Part shown: positions 32,195-43,828 of the stretch, piece by piece
Position numbering within the stretch: position 1 is the stretch's first letter
Layout of the letters: every line of letters starts with the position of its first letter
Origin: Desulfuromonadales bacterium
Lineage (GTDB): Bacteria; Desulfobacterota; Desulfuromonadia; Desulfuromonadales; JACZKF01
Direction: 5' to 3'
Assembly (NCBI GenBank): GCA_050485365.1
Contig: JBJHBH010000003.1
Span: 4,127 to 68,126, forward strand
DNA length: 64,000 bases
Position numbers and translations under genes: made by a program
Notes under the pieces: model-generated
The model's database searches: none
The model's input: only the letters and a program-made list of their open reading frames with translations
Told to the model about the DNA's origin: nothing

Positions 32195-32528
32195 GCGCAG
32201 CCGCCCGGCGAGCAGCATCCTCGATTTCGACCCCGCCGTGATTCGGGAACGCATCAGGAGCATTCTCTTCACCAAAGGCATCCGGGAGGCCTATCTTTTC
32301 GGCTCTTTCGCCGAGGGGAAGTGCGGCCCCTGGTCTGACCTCGACCTCGTCATCGTCCACGAAACCGATCGCCCCTTCATCGAACGCCCCCTCGATTTCA
32401 CGGAATTGCAGGATCTCGGCTTTCCCGTCGACATCCTCGTCTACACCCCCGAGGAGCTCGTCCGGATGACGACGTCTGACTCGCCGTTCTGGCGCAAATT
32501 TGAAAAGCAGAAGGCCAGACTGCTCTGA
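32178..32528 (+). CDS. Minimal nucleotidyltransferase (MNT) domain protein
   Basis: MPRILERS..AYLFGSFAEGKCGPWSDLDLVIV carries the GSx..DxD nucleotidyltransferase motif. 116 aa. The longer track ORF from 32013 has an implausible N-terminus. Confidence 0.7.
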   Translation: MPRILERSRPASSILDFDPAVIRERIRSILFTKGIREAYLFGSFAEGKCGPWSDLDLVIVHETDRPFIERPLDFTELQDLGFPVDILVYTPEELVRMTTSDSPFWRKFEKQKARLL

Positions 32529-32543
32529 GGCTGCCCTCCCCCC

Positions 32544-32583
32544 CCGGCCTTCGGCCACCCTCTCCCTCATGGAGAGGGGAAGC
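32544..32583. repeat. Double-hairpin GC-rich repeat
   Basis: CCGGCCTTCGGCCACCCTCTCCCTCATGGAGAGGGGAAGC, differing at 2 positions from the 30138-30177 copy. Confidence 0.6.
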
Positions 32584-32690
32584 CCTTTAAATTCATTTCC
32601 CCTCATCTGTTGGCCGCCTTTTCACCGCTTCTTGACTCCCCCTCCCCCCTTGGTACATTCGAGAAAAACTCCACCTTTGGGAGGCCTCTC

Positions 32691-33497
32691 ATGTCCTCAG
32701 AGAACAAGCTCGCCGGCCAGGTCGCTCTCGTCACGGGCGCCACATCGGGGATCGGCCGGGAGATCGCCCTGGCGCTGGCCGATGCCGGCGCGGCGGTCGT
32801 CGTCAACTATCATGCGAAACGGGAGAACGGCGAAGAGGTGGTTCGCGAGATCGAGGGGCGCGGCGGTCGGGCGGTGACGATCGGCGCCGACGTGAGCCGC
32901 GAGGAGGAGGTTCAGGCGATGTTCCGGCAGGCGGTGGAGGCGTTCGGTACCGTCGACATCGTCGTCAACAACGCCGGCATCCAGGAGGATGTCCCCTTTA
33001 TCGAGATGTCGCTGGAGGACTGGCGCAAGGTGCTGGAGGTGAATCTCACCGGGGCGTTTTTGTGCGCCCGGGAGGGGGCCCGCGAGTTCTGCCGCCGGGG
33101 TGTCGATCCGAAGCGCTCGCGGGCGGCGGGGAAGATCCTCTTCGTCAGCTCGGTGCACGAGGTCATCCCCTGGGCCGGTCGGGTCAACTACGCCGCCTCA
33201 AAGGGGGGGATGGGGCAGCTCATGCGCAGCCTGGCGCGCGAGCTTGCCGCCGAGAAAATCCGTGTCAACAGCATCGCCCCCGGCGCCATCAAGACCGACA
33301 TCAACCGGCAGGACTGGGAAGACCCCGATGCGGCCGCCGAGCTGTGCAAGAAGATCCCCTACGGGCGCATCGGCGAAACCGAGGACGTCGCGAGAGCGGC
33401 GGTCTGGCTCCTCAGCGACGAGGCGGATTACATCACCGGCACGACCCTGTTTGTCGACGGAGGGATGTTGCTCTATCCGGGGTTCGGCGAGGGATAG
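32691..33497 (+). CDS. Short-chain dehydrogenase/reductase (glucose 1-dehydrogenase / FabG-like)
   Basis: Start MSSENKLAGQVALVTGATSGIGREIA (TGxxxGIG). Also NNAG, the catalytic YAASKGG, and PGAIKTDI. GGGAGG SD. Confidence 0.85.
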   Translation: MSSENKLAGQVALVTGATSGIGREIALALADAGAAVVVNYHAKRENGEEVVREIEGRGGRAVTIGADVSREEEVQAMFRQAVEAFGTVDIVVNNAGIQEDVPFIEMSLEDWRKVLEVNLTGAFLCAREGAREFCRRGVDPKRSRAAGKILFVSSVHEVIPWAGRVNYAASKGGMGQLMRSLARELAAEKIRVNSIAPGAIKTDINRQDWEDPDAAAELCKKIPYGRIGETEDVARAAVWLLSDEADYITGTTLFVDGGMLLYPGFGEG

Positions 33498-33528
33498 GAT
33501 GTGCAGGAGCCAGGAAGACGATGAGATT

Positions 33529-33933
33529 CTAGAGATTTGCTTCGATATGACGGAGAAATTCGTCGATCTCCACCAATTTGTCCAGAATCGCCCCGCAGAT
33601 CAGCTCCCCTTGGACTTTTTCGTAGTCGTGGGCGAGAAAGTTGCGGAAGCCGGCAATCCCGGCGAATCCGTGCGCGAACTCAGAAGGGAGAAAATCGTTT
33701 TCGGCCAGGATGTCGAATGCCTCGGCATACGACTGAGGGGGGCGCAAATTTTTCTCTTTGATCACCAGTTCGGCCAGCACGATGCAACCGTCTGAGAGGA
33801 GATAGAGATAATGCATCAGGGCGCCGCGATAGATGGGATCGGCAGCAAAGCGCTTCCGGCAATCGCCCTGTATCGATCGGACAAGTGCAAGGTGCTCCCT
33901 GATGCGGGCGATTTTTCGGCGAATGCGTTCCAT
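33529..33933 (-). CDS. hepT: HepT-like HEPN toxin (DUF86)
   Basis: Start MERIRRKIARIREHL (33933). Rx4H motif RNFLAH. It starts 1 nt after the mntA stop. Confidence 0.75.
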   Translation of the reverse strand: MERIRRKIARIREHLALVRSIQGDCRKRFAADPIYRGALMHYLYLLSDGCIVLAELVIKEKNLRPPQSYAEAFDILAENDFLPSEFAHGFAGIAGFRNFLAHDYEKVQGELICGAILDKLVEIDEFLRHIEANL

Positions 33934-33934
33934 T

Positions 33935-34336
33935 TCACTCCCCCATGACACGACGCCTCTGCCCCTTGAAGTCGAGAATCCGGTGCTGCATCCGCACTTC
34001 GAAATCGCGACGCAGATCGGGGCGGGAATCGTAAAGAAGAACCCCGCGGCGCAGGATCTCGTCGAGAACAAAGAGGTTGTCGAGGGTGTTGAGCACCGTC
34101 AGATCGATGTCGTTGGTTTGCAGGGCTCGGCTGAAATCGGCATAGAGAGCGAAGCGTAAATCGGTGGGGAGTGGACGCGTCCGGGAGTCGAGCAGAACGG
34201 CGAGATCGAGATCGCTCAAGGGAGTCGCATTGCCTTCGGCGCGGGACCCGAAGAGGTAGACGGCGAGCAGGCTCTCTGCGTAACGATCGGCCACAGCGCC
34301 GATGCGCTGTTTGATTTCGTCTGTGTCCAGGCGCAT
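33935..34336 (-). CDS. mntA: MntA-like nucleotidyltransferase antitoxin
   Basis: VYLFGSRAEGNATPLSDLDLAVLL carries the GSx..DxD motif. 133 aa, directly upstream of hepT. Confidence 0.75.
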   Translation of the reverse strand: MRLDTDEIKQRIGAVADRYAESLLAVYLFGSRAEGNATPLSDLDLAVLLDSRTRPLPTDLRFALYADFSRALQTNDIDLTVLNTLDNLFVLDEILRRGVLLYDSRPDLRRDFEVRMQHRILDFKGQRRRVMGE

Positions 34337-34406
34337 GCCGGAATTATCTCAAAGAGACCCCGCAAAGGCAATGTTGAAACCGCTCTTACGTTGAGCGGGA
34401 AAATCC

Positions 34407-36395
34407 TCAGCGCACCGCGTGCAGAAAGTGCATGTGCTTCTCGTACTGGTCGAGGACGTCTCCGATCACATCCCCTTTGCTCCACCCCATGATGTCGTAG
34501 TCCTGCCCCCCTTCGCGCAGGTGAACCTCGGCGCGGTAGTATTTAAGGGTTTCGGCCCGGTCGCTGCGGGTGTCGCGCATGATGAACGAGGGGGGCTCGT
34601 AGGGGCGCGGGCGCACGGAATAGAAGAAGTCGATCTCCTCGCCGTGGCCGACCTCGACCCAGACCCGGCCGTCCTCCCTTTCGCCCACCCGCGCCTTGAG
34701 CCCCTGTTTTTTCAGCTCTTCGGCGACCTCCTCCAGGGCGGGTTTAACCGTCCCCTGGATGAAGGCCATCGTCTCGCCGCGCCGGGGCTGGTGAACGATG
34801 GTGCGCAGCCTCTCCTGCCACTTCATGGCGGCGTGCGGCCCGCGCGGCGTCACCCGCGCCTCGCGCAGGCTCAGGCGCTTGGCCCCCTCGATGCGCAGCG
34901 CCCGCACCATCCCCCAGCACATCAGGATCATGATGACGGTGAACGGCAGAGCGCTGGTGATCGTCGCCGTCTGCAGGGCGCCGAGCCCTCCGGCCAGCAA
35001 AAGCGCCGCGGCGACGACCCCCTCAACGACGGCCCAGAAGATGCGCTGCCAGGTCGGCGACTGCTCCATGCCGCCGGAGGTGAGCATGTCGACCACCAGC
35101 GACCCCGAGTCCGACGACGTCACGAAGAAGGTCACCACCAGCACCGTGGCCAGCAGCGACATGAGCCCCGACAGGGGGAGGTGCTCGAAGAACTGGAACA
35201 GGGCCACCGAGGTGTCGGCGGCCACCGCGTCGGCGAGCTCCGTTATTCCCTGGAGCATGATCATGTGGATGGCGGTGTCGCCGAAGAAGGTCATCCACAT
35301 GAAAGTGAAGCCGATGGGGACGAGCAGAACGCCGATGACGAATTCGCGGATGGTGCGCCCCCGCGAGACGCGGGCGATGAACATCCCTACGAAGGGGGAC
35401 CAGGCGATCCACCACCCCCAGTAAAACAGAGTCCACCCCCCGATCCAGCCCGTCGGCTCGTAGGCGTAGAGATTGAAGGTCATCTCGAAGAGGCGCGACA
35501 GGTACATCCCGGTGTTCTGCACCATCGTCTGAAGCAAAAAGACGGTCGGCCCCGCCACCAGAACGAAGACGAGAAGGGTCACCGCCAACACCATGTTGAG
35601 CTCGGAGATGCGCCGGATGCCGGTATCGAGCCCCAGGGCCACCGACAGCGTCGCCACGGCGGTGATGGCGGCGATGAGGATGATCTGCACGGTGATGCTG
35701 CTGGGGATGCCGAAGAGGTAGTTGAGCCCGGAGTTCACCTGGATGACGCCGAAGCCCAGCGAGGTCGCCACGCCGAAGATCGTCCCCAGCACGGCGAAGA
35801 TGTCGACGGCGTGCCCGATGGGGCCGTAGATGCGATCGCCGATGAGGGGATAGAGGGACGAGCGGATGGTGAGCGGCAAGTCGTGGCGAAAGGCGAAATA
35901 GGCCAGCGAGAGGGCGACGACGGCGTAGATCGCCCAGGCGTGGACCCCCCAATGGAAGAAGGTGATGCGCATCGCCTGGCGGGCGGCGGCGGCGGTTTCG
36001 GGCTCGCCCACCGGCGGCGCCACATAGTGCATCACCGGCTCGGCCACGCCGAAGAACATCAGCCCGATCCCCATCCCCGCGGAAAAAAGCATGGCGAACC
36101 ACGAACCGTAGCTGTAGTCGGGCTCGCTGTGGTCGCGGCCGAGCTTGATGCGGCCGTAGTCCGAGGCGGCCAGAACCACCACGAAGACGAGAAAGCCGGC
36201 CACGGCCAGCACGTAGAACCACCCCGCCGTGTGCGTCACCCACTGCTGGATGTCGTCGAAGAGGGCGCCGGTCGTTTCGGGGGCGATGACGGCGATGAAG
36301 ACAAAGACGAGCGCGAGGGCTCCGGAGGTGAAAAAGACGGGGGGATTGATCTGGATGCGCGGCCTCCCCGAATCGGCGTCGGCCTTCCGGCTCAT
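34407..36395 (-). CDS. BCCT-family (betaine/carnitine/choline) transporter
   Basis: Polytopic. It carries the BCCT signature region GWTLFYWGWWIAWSPFVGMFIARVSRGRTIREF and a C-terminal cytoplasmic extension. Confidence 0.85.
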   Translation of the reverse strand: MSRKADADSGRPRIQINPPVFFTSGALALVFVFIAVIAPETTGALFDDIQQWVTHTAGWFYVLAVAGFLVFVVVLAASDYGRIKLGRDHSEPDYSYGSWFAMLFSAGMGIGLMFFGVAEPVMHYVAPPVGEPETAAAARQAMRITFFHWGVHAWAIYAVVALSLAYFAFRHDLPLTIRSSLYPLIGDRIYGPIGHAVDIFAVLGTIFGVATSLGFGVIQVNSGLNYLFGIPSSITVQIILIAAITAVATLSVALGLDTGIRRISELNMVLAVTLLVFVLVAGPTVFLLQTMVQNTGMYLSRLFEMTFNLYAYEPTGWIGGWTLFYWGWWIAWSPFVGMFIARVSRGRTIREFVIGVLLVPIGFTFMWMTFFGDTAIHMIMLQGITELADAVAADTSVALFQFFEHLPLSGLMSLLATVLVVTFFVTSSDSGSLVVDMLTSGGMEQSPTWQRIFWAVVEGVVAAALLLAGGLGALQTATITSALPFTVIMILMCWGMVRALRIEGAKRLSLREARVTPRGPHAAMKWQERLRTIVHQPRRGETMAFIQGTVKPALEEVAEELKKQGLKARVGEREDGRVWVEVGHGEEIDFFYSVRPRPYEPPSFIMRDTRSDRAETLKYYRAEVHLREGGQDYDIMGWSKGDVIGDVLDQYEKHMHFLHAVR

Positions 36396-36540
36396 GTGCT
36401 TCTCCTCAAGCTTTATTCTGATCCCTATACGCAGAGCTTAAACGCCAGGCGGAGGGTTGTCCACCCTTTCATGTGTGATACGCTGAAGCCTGCCGCTTCC
36501 ATCTTTTTTTCGACTGCTATAGACCAAGGAGGATGTCCCG

Positions 36541-37767
36541 ATGTACCCAAGAAGAGCGCTCCTCGTATCCGCCTGCCTCGCCCTCGCTCTGGCGATCTTC
36601 CCCCTGTCGTCGTCGGCCGACGACGAACTGGAGAGCATGAGGGAGCGGCTGAGCTCTCTCGAAGAGCGTCTATCGGACGAGGGGAGAATCAGAATCGGAG
36701 GCGCCCTGCGAACCACCTACAGCTATCTCGACTGGGACGAAGGGAACAAGGAGCGCGGCGGCGACTTTGCCTTCGATACCTTTCGCCTCAACCTGTCGGG
36801 GGAGCTGAGAGGGCTTCTCTTTTCCGCCGAGTACCGCTTCTATCCCCAGCTCGATTTTCACACCCCCCATCACGGCTGGATCGGCTACCAATTCACAGAG
36901 CAATGGCAGGGGCGGATCGGCATTCATCAGGTCCCCTTCGGCCTTCTCCCCTATGCCTCTCACAATTTCTGGTTCAGCGGCGCCTACTACGTCGGGTTGG
37001 AGGACGATTACGATCTCGGCGTGAAAGCCCTGTACGAAAGCGGCCCATGGAACCTGGCTCTGGCCTTCTACAAGAATGAAGAGCTCGGCGATGCCGGCAA
37101 CGCCTCGCGCTACTCGGTCGACGTGATCAGCAACGCCGACGGAGGGTTCGCCGGCGCGCAGCCTGCGGGGAATCGGGAGACCAACCAGCTCAATGCGCGC
37201 CTCGCCTACACCTTCGAGCACGGCGCCCCGGGATCGACCGAGCTCGGCGCAAGCGGCCAGTTCGGCGGTCTCTACAATGAGAACACCGGCAGCACCGGCG
37301 ACCACTGGGCCGCAGCCCTGCATCTCAACGGCAACTACGGCCGCTGGAACGTGCAGCTTCAGTGGGCCCGCTATGAATACAACCCGAAAAATCCGGCCGA
37401 GGTGGAAGGCGTCCCGATGGATGACGACATCATCACCATGGGCGCCTACGCCTCTTCGTGGGGCGTTCCCGCCAAGGCCGACATCGGCATCGCCAACGTG
37501 GCCTACACCCTTCCGGTGGATCGCGGTCCCGTCGACACCCTCACCTTCTATCTCGACAACACCGTCATCGCCCCCGAGGAAGGGCGGTTCCGAACCATCT
37601 GGCAGAATGTCGCCGGCGTCCTCGTCGCCGCCGGGCCGCTCTTCACCTACATCGACGTCATCTCCGGAAAAAACATGATCTTCATGGGCGGAGACATGGT
37701 CGGGGACGAGCACGCCAGCTTCGGCCGCAACACCCGGTTGAACATCAACTTCGGATACTATTTCTGA
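36541..37767 (+). CDS. Outer-membrane porin (porin O/P-like)
   Basis: Signal peptide ..LAIFPLSSSA, then the coiled segment DDELESMRERLSSLEERLS. Beta-strand patterning follows, ending ..NINFGYYF. Confidence 0.55.
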   Translation: MYPRRALLVSACLALALAIFPLSSSADDELESMRERLSSLEERLSDEGRIRIGGALRTTYSYLDWDEGNKERGGDFAFDTFRLNLSGELRGLLFSAEYRFYPQLDFHTPHHGWIGYQFTEQWQGRIGIHQVPFGLLPYASHNFWFSGAYYVGLEDDYDLGVKALYESGPWNLALAFYKNEELGDAGNASRYSVDVISNADGGFAGAQPAGNRETNQLNARLAYTFEHGAPGSTELGASGQFGGLYNENTGSTGDHWAAALHLNGNYGRWNVQLQWARYEYNPKNPAEVEGVPMDDDIITMGAYASSWGVPAKADIGIANVAYTLPVDRGPVDTLTFYLDNTVIAPEEGRFRTIWQNVAGVLVAAGPLFTYIDVISGKNMIFMGGDMVGDEHASFGRNTRLNINFGYYF

Positions 37768-38702
37768 TCGGCGACCGTCGAAGCCCCATCGATCCGCTCC
37801 GGCCCTGAAAGGAGCCGCAGATCGATGGGGGGGCTCACCTCCCCGAAGTACAGGGTGCGGTGCGGGAAGGGGATCTCGATCCCTTTTTCGTCGAAGGCGA
37901 TCTTGAGCCGGCGCAGAAATTCACGCCCCGTGGCCCACTGACGGATCGGCTTGGTCTTGATCCTCCCCTTGATCACCACCGCCGAGTCGTCGAACTTGTC
38001 GACGCCGAAGATCTCCAGCGGCTCGAGAATCGACGGACCGAAACCGGGGTCGGCCTGCAGGTCGGCGCCCACCTCCCTGATCACCTCGACGACCCTGTCG
38101 GTATTCTCCTTGTAGGCGACCCCGATGTCGAAGACGTAGGCCGACCACAGGTTGGTCATGTTGCTCAGGGTGTTGATCGAGCCGTTGGGAAAGACGTGCA
38201 CCGTACCCGAGTTGTCGCGAAGCACCAGGGTGCGGAAGTTGATCTCCTGCACGAGGCCGCCGGTGCCGTTGACGAGGGCGACGTCGCCGACCCGCACCTG
38301 ATTCTCCAGGATGATGAAGAACCCCGCGATGATGTCGCGCACCAGGGTCTGGGCGCCGAAGCCAACGGCCAGGCCAATGATCCCCGCGCCGGCGAGGATC
38401 GGACCGATCTGCACCCCCAGCTCGCTCAGGATCACCAGCACCACGACGAACATCAGCGCGATCCGCGACCCCTGGCGCAGCAGGCGCGTCAGGGTATCGA
38501 CCCGCTTGCCCGATTCGGACGGGGGCTCGCCTTCGTGTTCGCTTCGCCTCAATATCGCATCCTTGACGCGCAGCAGGAGTCTGTCGATCAAAAACATCGC
38601 CACCCGGGCCACGACGAGGATGAGGAAAATGCTCCAGACCGCCGCGATCAAACCGTGGATATCGAACCACTCCATCATCAAGCCTCCTTCCCATTGCAAC
38701 AA
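37758..38702 (-). CDS. Small-conductance mechanosensitive channel (MscS family)
   Basis: TM helices, then the conserved GFGAQTLVRDIIAGFFIILENQVRVGDVA..GGLVQEINFRTLVLRDNSGTVHVFPNG. The start may be 38675. Confidence 0.8.
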   Translation of the reverse strand: MLQWEGGLMMEWFDIHGLIAAVWSIFLILVVARVAMFLIDRLLLRVKDAILRRSEHEGEPPSESGKRVDTLTRLLRQGSRIALMFVVVLVILSELGVQIGPILAGAGIIGLAVGFGAQTLVRDIIAGFFIILENQVRVGDVALVNGTGGLVQEINFRTLVLRDNSGTVHVFPNGSINTLSNMTNLWSAYVFDIGVAYKENTDRVVEVIREVGADLQADPGFGPSILEPLEIFGVDKFDDSAVVIKGRIKTKPIRQWATGREFLRRLKIAFDEKGIEIPFPHRTLYFGEVSPPIDLRLLSGPERIDGASTVADQK

Positions 38703-38760
38703 TTCCGCTGTGGCGTCCCGAGATCTTTAGGTGAACAGTCATTGTATCTATTCACCTTGT

Positions 38761-38878
38761 GGGGTCGCGGCTCACATGACAAGGGTGTCTGGCGCCATGG
38801 ACGGCGCCAGTCAAGCGGCCATGGACGGCGGAAAGCGTCCCTTGGCATGGGAGTTGGGACTCCATGCTGAACAGTTAC
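38761..38878. repeat. Structured ~120-nt intergenic repeat, copy A (subfamily 1)
   Basis: Near-identical to 52418-52536. It contains the hairpin CTGGCGCC-ATGGAC-GGCGCCAG, a duplicated CCATGGACGGCG, and a long closing stem (GGGGTCGCGGCTCACATGACAAGGG / CCCTTGGCATGGGAGTTGGGACTCC). Confidence 0.7.
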
Positions 38879-39073
38879 CAGTTATTTTTCATTTTGGTAT
38901 TCTATCAAAAGTATCTGTTGATGCAGCCGGTGGTCGGACACAGGGGTGCCGAGGACGCCCGGGGCTGGGAGCGCCCGGAAGCGGCAAGGAAAACAACCCC
39001 TTTTCAGTTCGCTGTGGCATGATAATCTTTGGCATGACAATGATTCTGATTCTAATGAGCGATCGAGGTTGAG

Positions 39074-41794
<2,721 letters not shown>

Positions 41795-41813
41795 ATCCTC
41801 ACCTCTGCCCCCA

Positions 41814-41855
41814 AAAGCGAAGGCGAGCCGGATGCGTGCGGCTCGCCTTCGCTTT
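41814..41855 (+). terminator. Terminator hairpin after the P-type ATPase gene
   Basis: AAAGCGAAGGCGAGCCG-GATGCGTG-CGGCTCGCCTTCGCTTT: a perfect 17-bp stem ending in TTT. Confidence 0.65.
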
Positions 41856-41953
41856 GGGCACCGACTCCCCTCCGAAAAACCCCGCTTTCGACTCCCAACG
41901 ACACCACCGACAAGCGTCGTCCGGTGCCATAGAAAATACCTTTGCCCCCCACA

Positions 41954-41994
41954 GTAAAACAGTATTTTACATCATTGCGAACCTCCCCTAGAGT
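41954..41994 (+). promoter_or_regulatory. Palindrome GTAAAACAGTATTTTAC overlapping a promoter-like TTTACA-17-TAGAGT
   Basis: The palindrome is at 41954-41970. The -35-like TTTACA is at 41966-41971 and the -10-like TAGAGT at 41989-41994. It lies about 140 nt upstream of the TPP-enzyme gene. Confidence 0.4.
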
Positions 41995-42109
41995 GTTCAA
42001 AAGGTTACTCAGGCGGTATTGTTTAATAGAGCCGACGACCCGTCCGCGCGGAACGGTCGAAACCCTTTGAAGTGATTCAAAACTCAAGCAGCTCGAAAGG
42101 GGAGAGAAT

Positions 42110-43825
42110 ATGAACGGAGCACACGTTATCGTCAGGATGCTCAAGGAGCAGGGGGTGGAGGTCGTCTTCGGCGTCCCTGGAGACACGAGCATCGCTCTGT
42201 ACGAGGCGCTGCACGACGCCGCACCCGAGATCAGGCACATCCTGGCCCGCGACGAGCGCTCGGCCGCCTTCATGGCCGATGCGTACGCGCGCCTCTCCCA
42301 CAAGCCCGGCGTGTGCGAGTGCCCGAGCGGCGCCGGCGCCCTCTATTCGGTCCCCGGCGTGGCCGAGGCCAACGCCTCCTCGATCCCCGTCATCCTCATC
42401 ACCTCGGACAACGCCCTGGCCGGCGAGGGGAAGAAGACGATCACCGAGCTCGACACCGAGGCGCTCTTCAAGACGATCACCAAGCTCTCCACCCTCTTGA
42501 AGATGGGACACAAGCTCCCCGAGACGATCCGCCGTGCCTTCCGCATCGCCACGAGCGGCCGCCCCGGAGCGGTGCAGCTCGCCATCCCGGCGGAGGTCTC
42601 CGGCGGCGAGTTCACCGGCGGCGAAGAGGCGCTTTTCGGCGCGGCCGACTGCCGCACCTACCCCTCTTACCGCACCCGCGGCAGCCGTGAGGCGCTGGAG
42701 GAGCTGGTGGGGCACCTGATGCAGGCGAGCCGCCCCGTCATCGTCGCCGGCGGCGGCACCAATCACTCCCAGGCGGGCAATGAGATCAGGGCCGCGGCCG
42801 AGTGGCTCGCCGCCCCGGTGGTGACGACGATCTCGGGGCAGGGGATCATGCCCGACGAGCACCCGCTGGCCCTCGGCGTCATCGGCGACAACGGCTTTCA
42901 CCCCCACGCCATCCGCGCCGTCGAGGAAGCCGACGTCATCCTCTACGTCGGCTGCAAGATGGGGTCGGTCTCGACCCTCAAGTGGACGCTCCCTTCGCCG
43001 AAACCCGAGCGCAAGATCCTCCAGATCGATCTCGATCCGGAGCTCCTCTCCAACAATTTCCACAACACCCTGAGCGTCGCCGGAGACGCCCGGCTCGTTC
43101 TGGCCGACCTCGTCGTCCTGCTCAAGGGGAGAGGGGCGGCCCGAAAGCCCTCGGCATGGCTCGATGCGCTCAACGAGGCACGGGCGCAGTTCTGGCGCGA
43201 CGCCGAGGCCGAGCTTCAGGCCGACGACGTCCCCCTGAAGCCCCAGCGGGTCATCTCGGCGCTGAACAAGCGCCTCACCGGCCCCTCCATCGTCATCTCC
43301 GACGCGGGGACGCCGACCCCCTACATCACCCGTTTTTTGAAGCTCTCAGGGAACGGCTCGCGCTTCATCATCCCCCGCGCTTACGGCGGACTCGGCTACG
43401 CCATTCCGGCGCTGGTCGGCGCCCATCAGGCCCGCCCCGACGCGCGCCTCGTCGGCCTCTTCGGCGACGGCAGCCTGGGGATGTCGGCCGGTGAGCTCGA
43501 GACGCTGGCGCGCCTGAAGATCCCGGCGGTGCTGATCCACTTCAACAACTCGTGCTTCGGGTGGATCAAGGCGCTGCAGTCGCTGCACGCCAAGAGCAAA
43601 TACTTCTCCGTCGACTTCACCGCGGGGAGCCCCTCGATGGTCGCCGAAGGGTTCGGCCTGAAGGCCCGCCAGGTCGCCACCCCCGAAGAGCTCGAAGCGG
43701 GGCTCGACGAGGCCTTCGCCTGCGACGGCCCCTTCTTCCTCGACGTGATCTCCGAGTCCGAAGAGCTGGCGATCCCCCCCGTCGCGTCGTGGCTCAAAGC
43801 TGCGGAGAAGCTGAAGAAGGGTTGA
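42110..43825 (+). CDS. Thiamine-pyrophosphate enzyme (acetolactate synthase large-subunit-like)
   Basis: The N-terminus reads GAHVIVRMLKEQGVEVVFGVPGDTSIALYEAL. The C-terminal TPP-binding region reads GDGSLGMSAGELETLARLKIPAVLIHFNN. Confidence 0.8.
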   Translation: MNGAHVIVRMLKEQGVEVVFGVPGDTSIALYEALHDAAPEIRHILARDERSAAFMADAYARLSHKPGVCECPSGAGALYSVPGVAEANASSIPVILITSDNALAGEGKKTITELDTEALFKTITKLSTLLKMGHKLPETIRRAFRIATSGRPGAVQLAIPAEVSGGEFTGGEEALFGAADCRTYPSYRTRGSREALEELVGHLMQASRPVIVAGGGTNHSQAGNEIRAAAEWLAAPVVTTISGQGIMPDEHPLALGVIGDNGFHPHAIRAVEEADVILYVGCKMGSVSTLKWTLPSPKPERKILQIDLDPELLSNNFHNTLSVAGDARLVLADLVVLLKGRGAARKPSAWLDALNEARAQFWRDAEAELQADDVPLKPQRVISALNKRLTGPSIVISDAGTPTPYITRFLKLSGNGSRFIIPRAYGGLGYAIPALVGAHQARPDARLVGLFGDGSLGMSAGELETLARLKIPAVLIHFNNSCFGWIKALQSLHAKSKYFSVDFTAGSPSMVAEGFGLKARQVATPEELEAGLDEAFACDGPFFLDVISESEELAIPPVASWLKAAEKLKKG

Positions 43826-43828
43826 AAT

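Noticed and set aside
32013-32528. A 171-aa ORF as one protein
   Set aside because: The first 55 residues are Ser/Pro/Arg-rich and lie out of frame with a well-formed HEPN-like small ORF that has its own SD. The nucleotidyltransferase domain begins at the internal Met at 32178.
39015-39041. A sigma54 promoter (TGGCA motifs) upstream of the P-type ATPase gene
   Set aside because: The required GG-N10-GC spacing is not met. The position 10 nt after the first GG is TT, not GC. The two TGGCATGA boxes are better described as a direct repeat.
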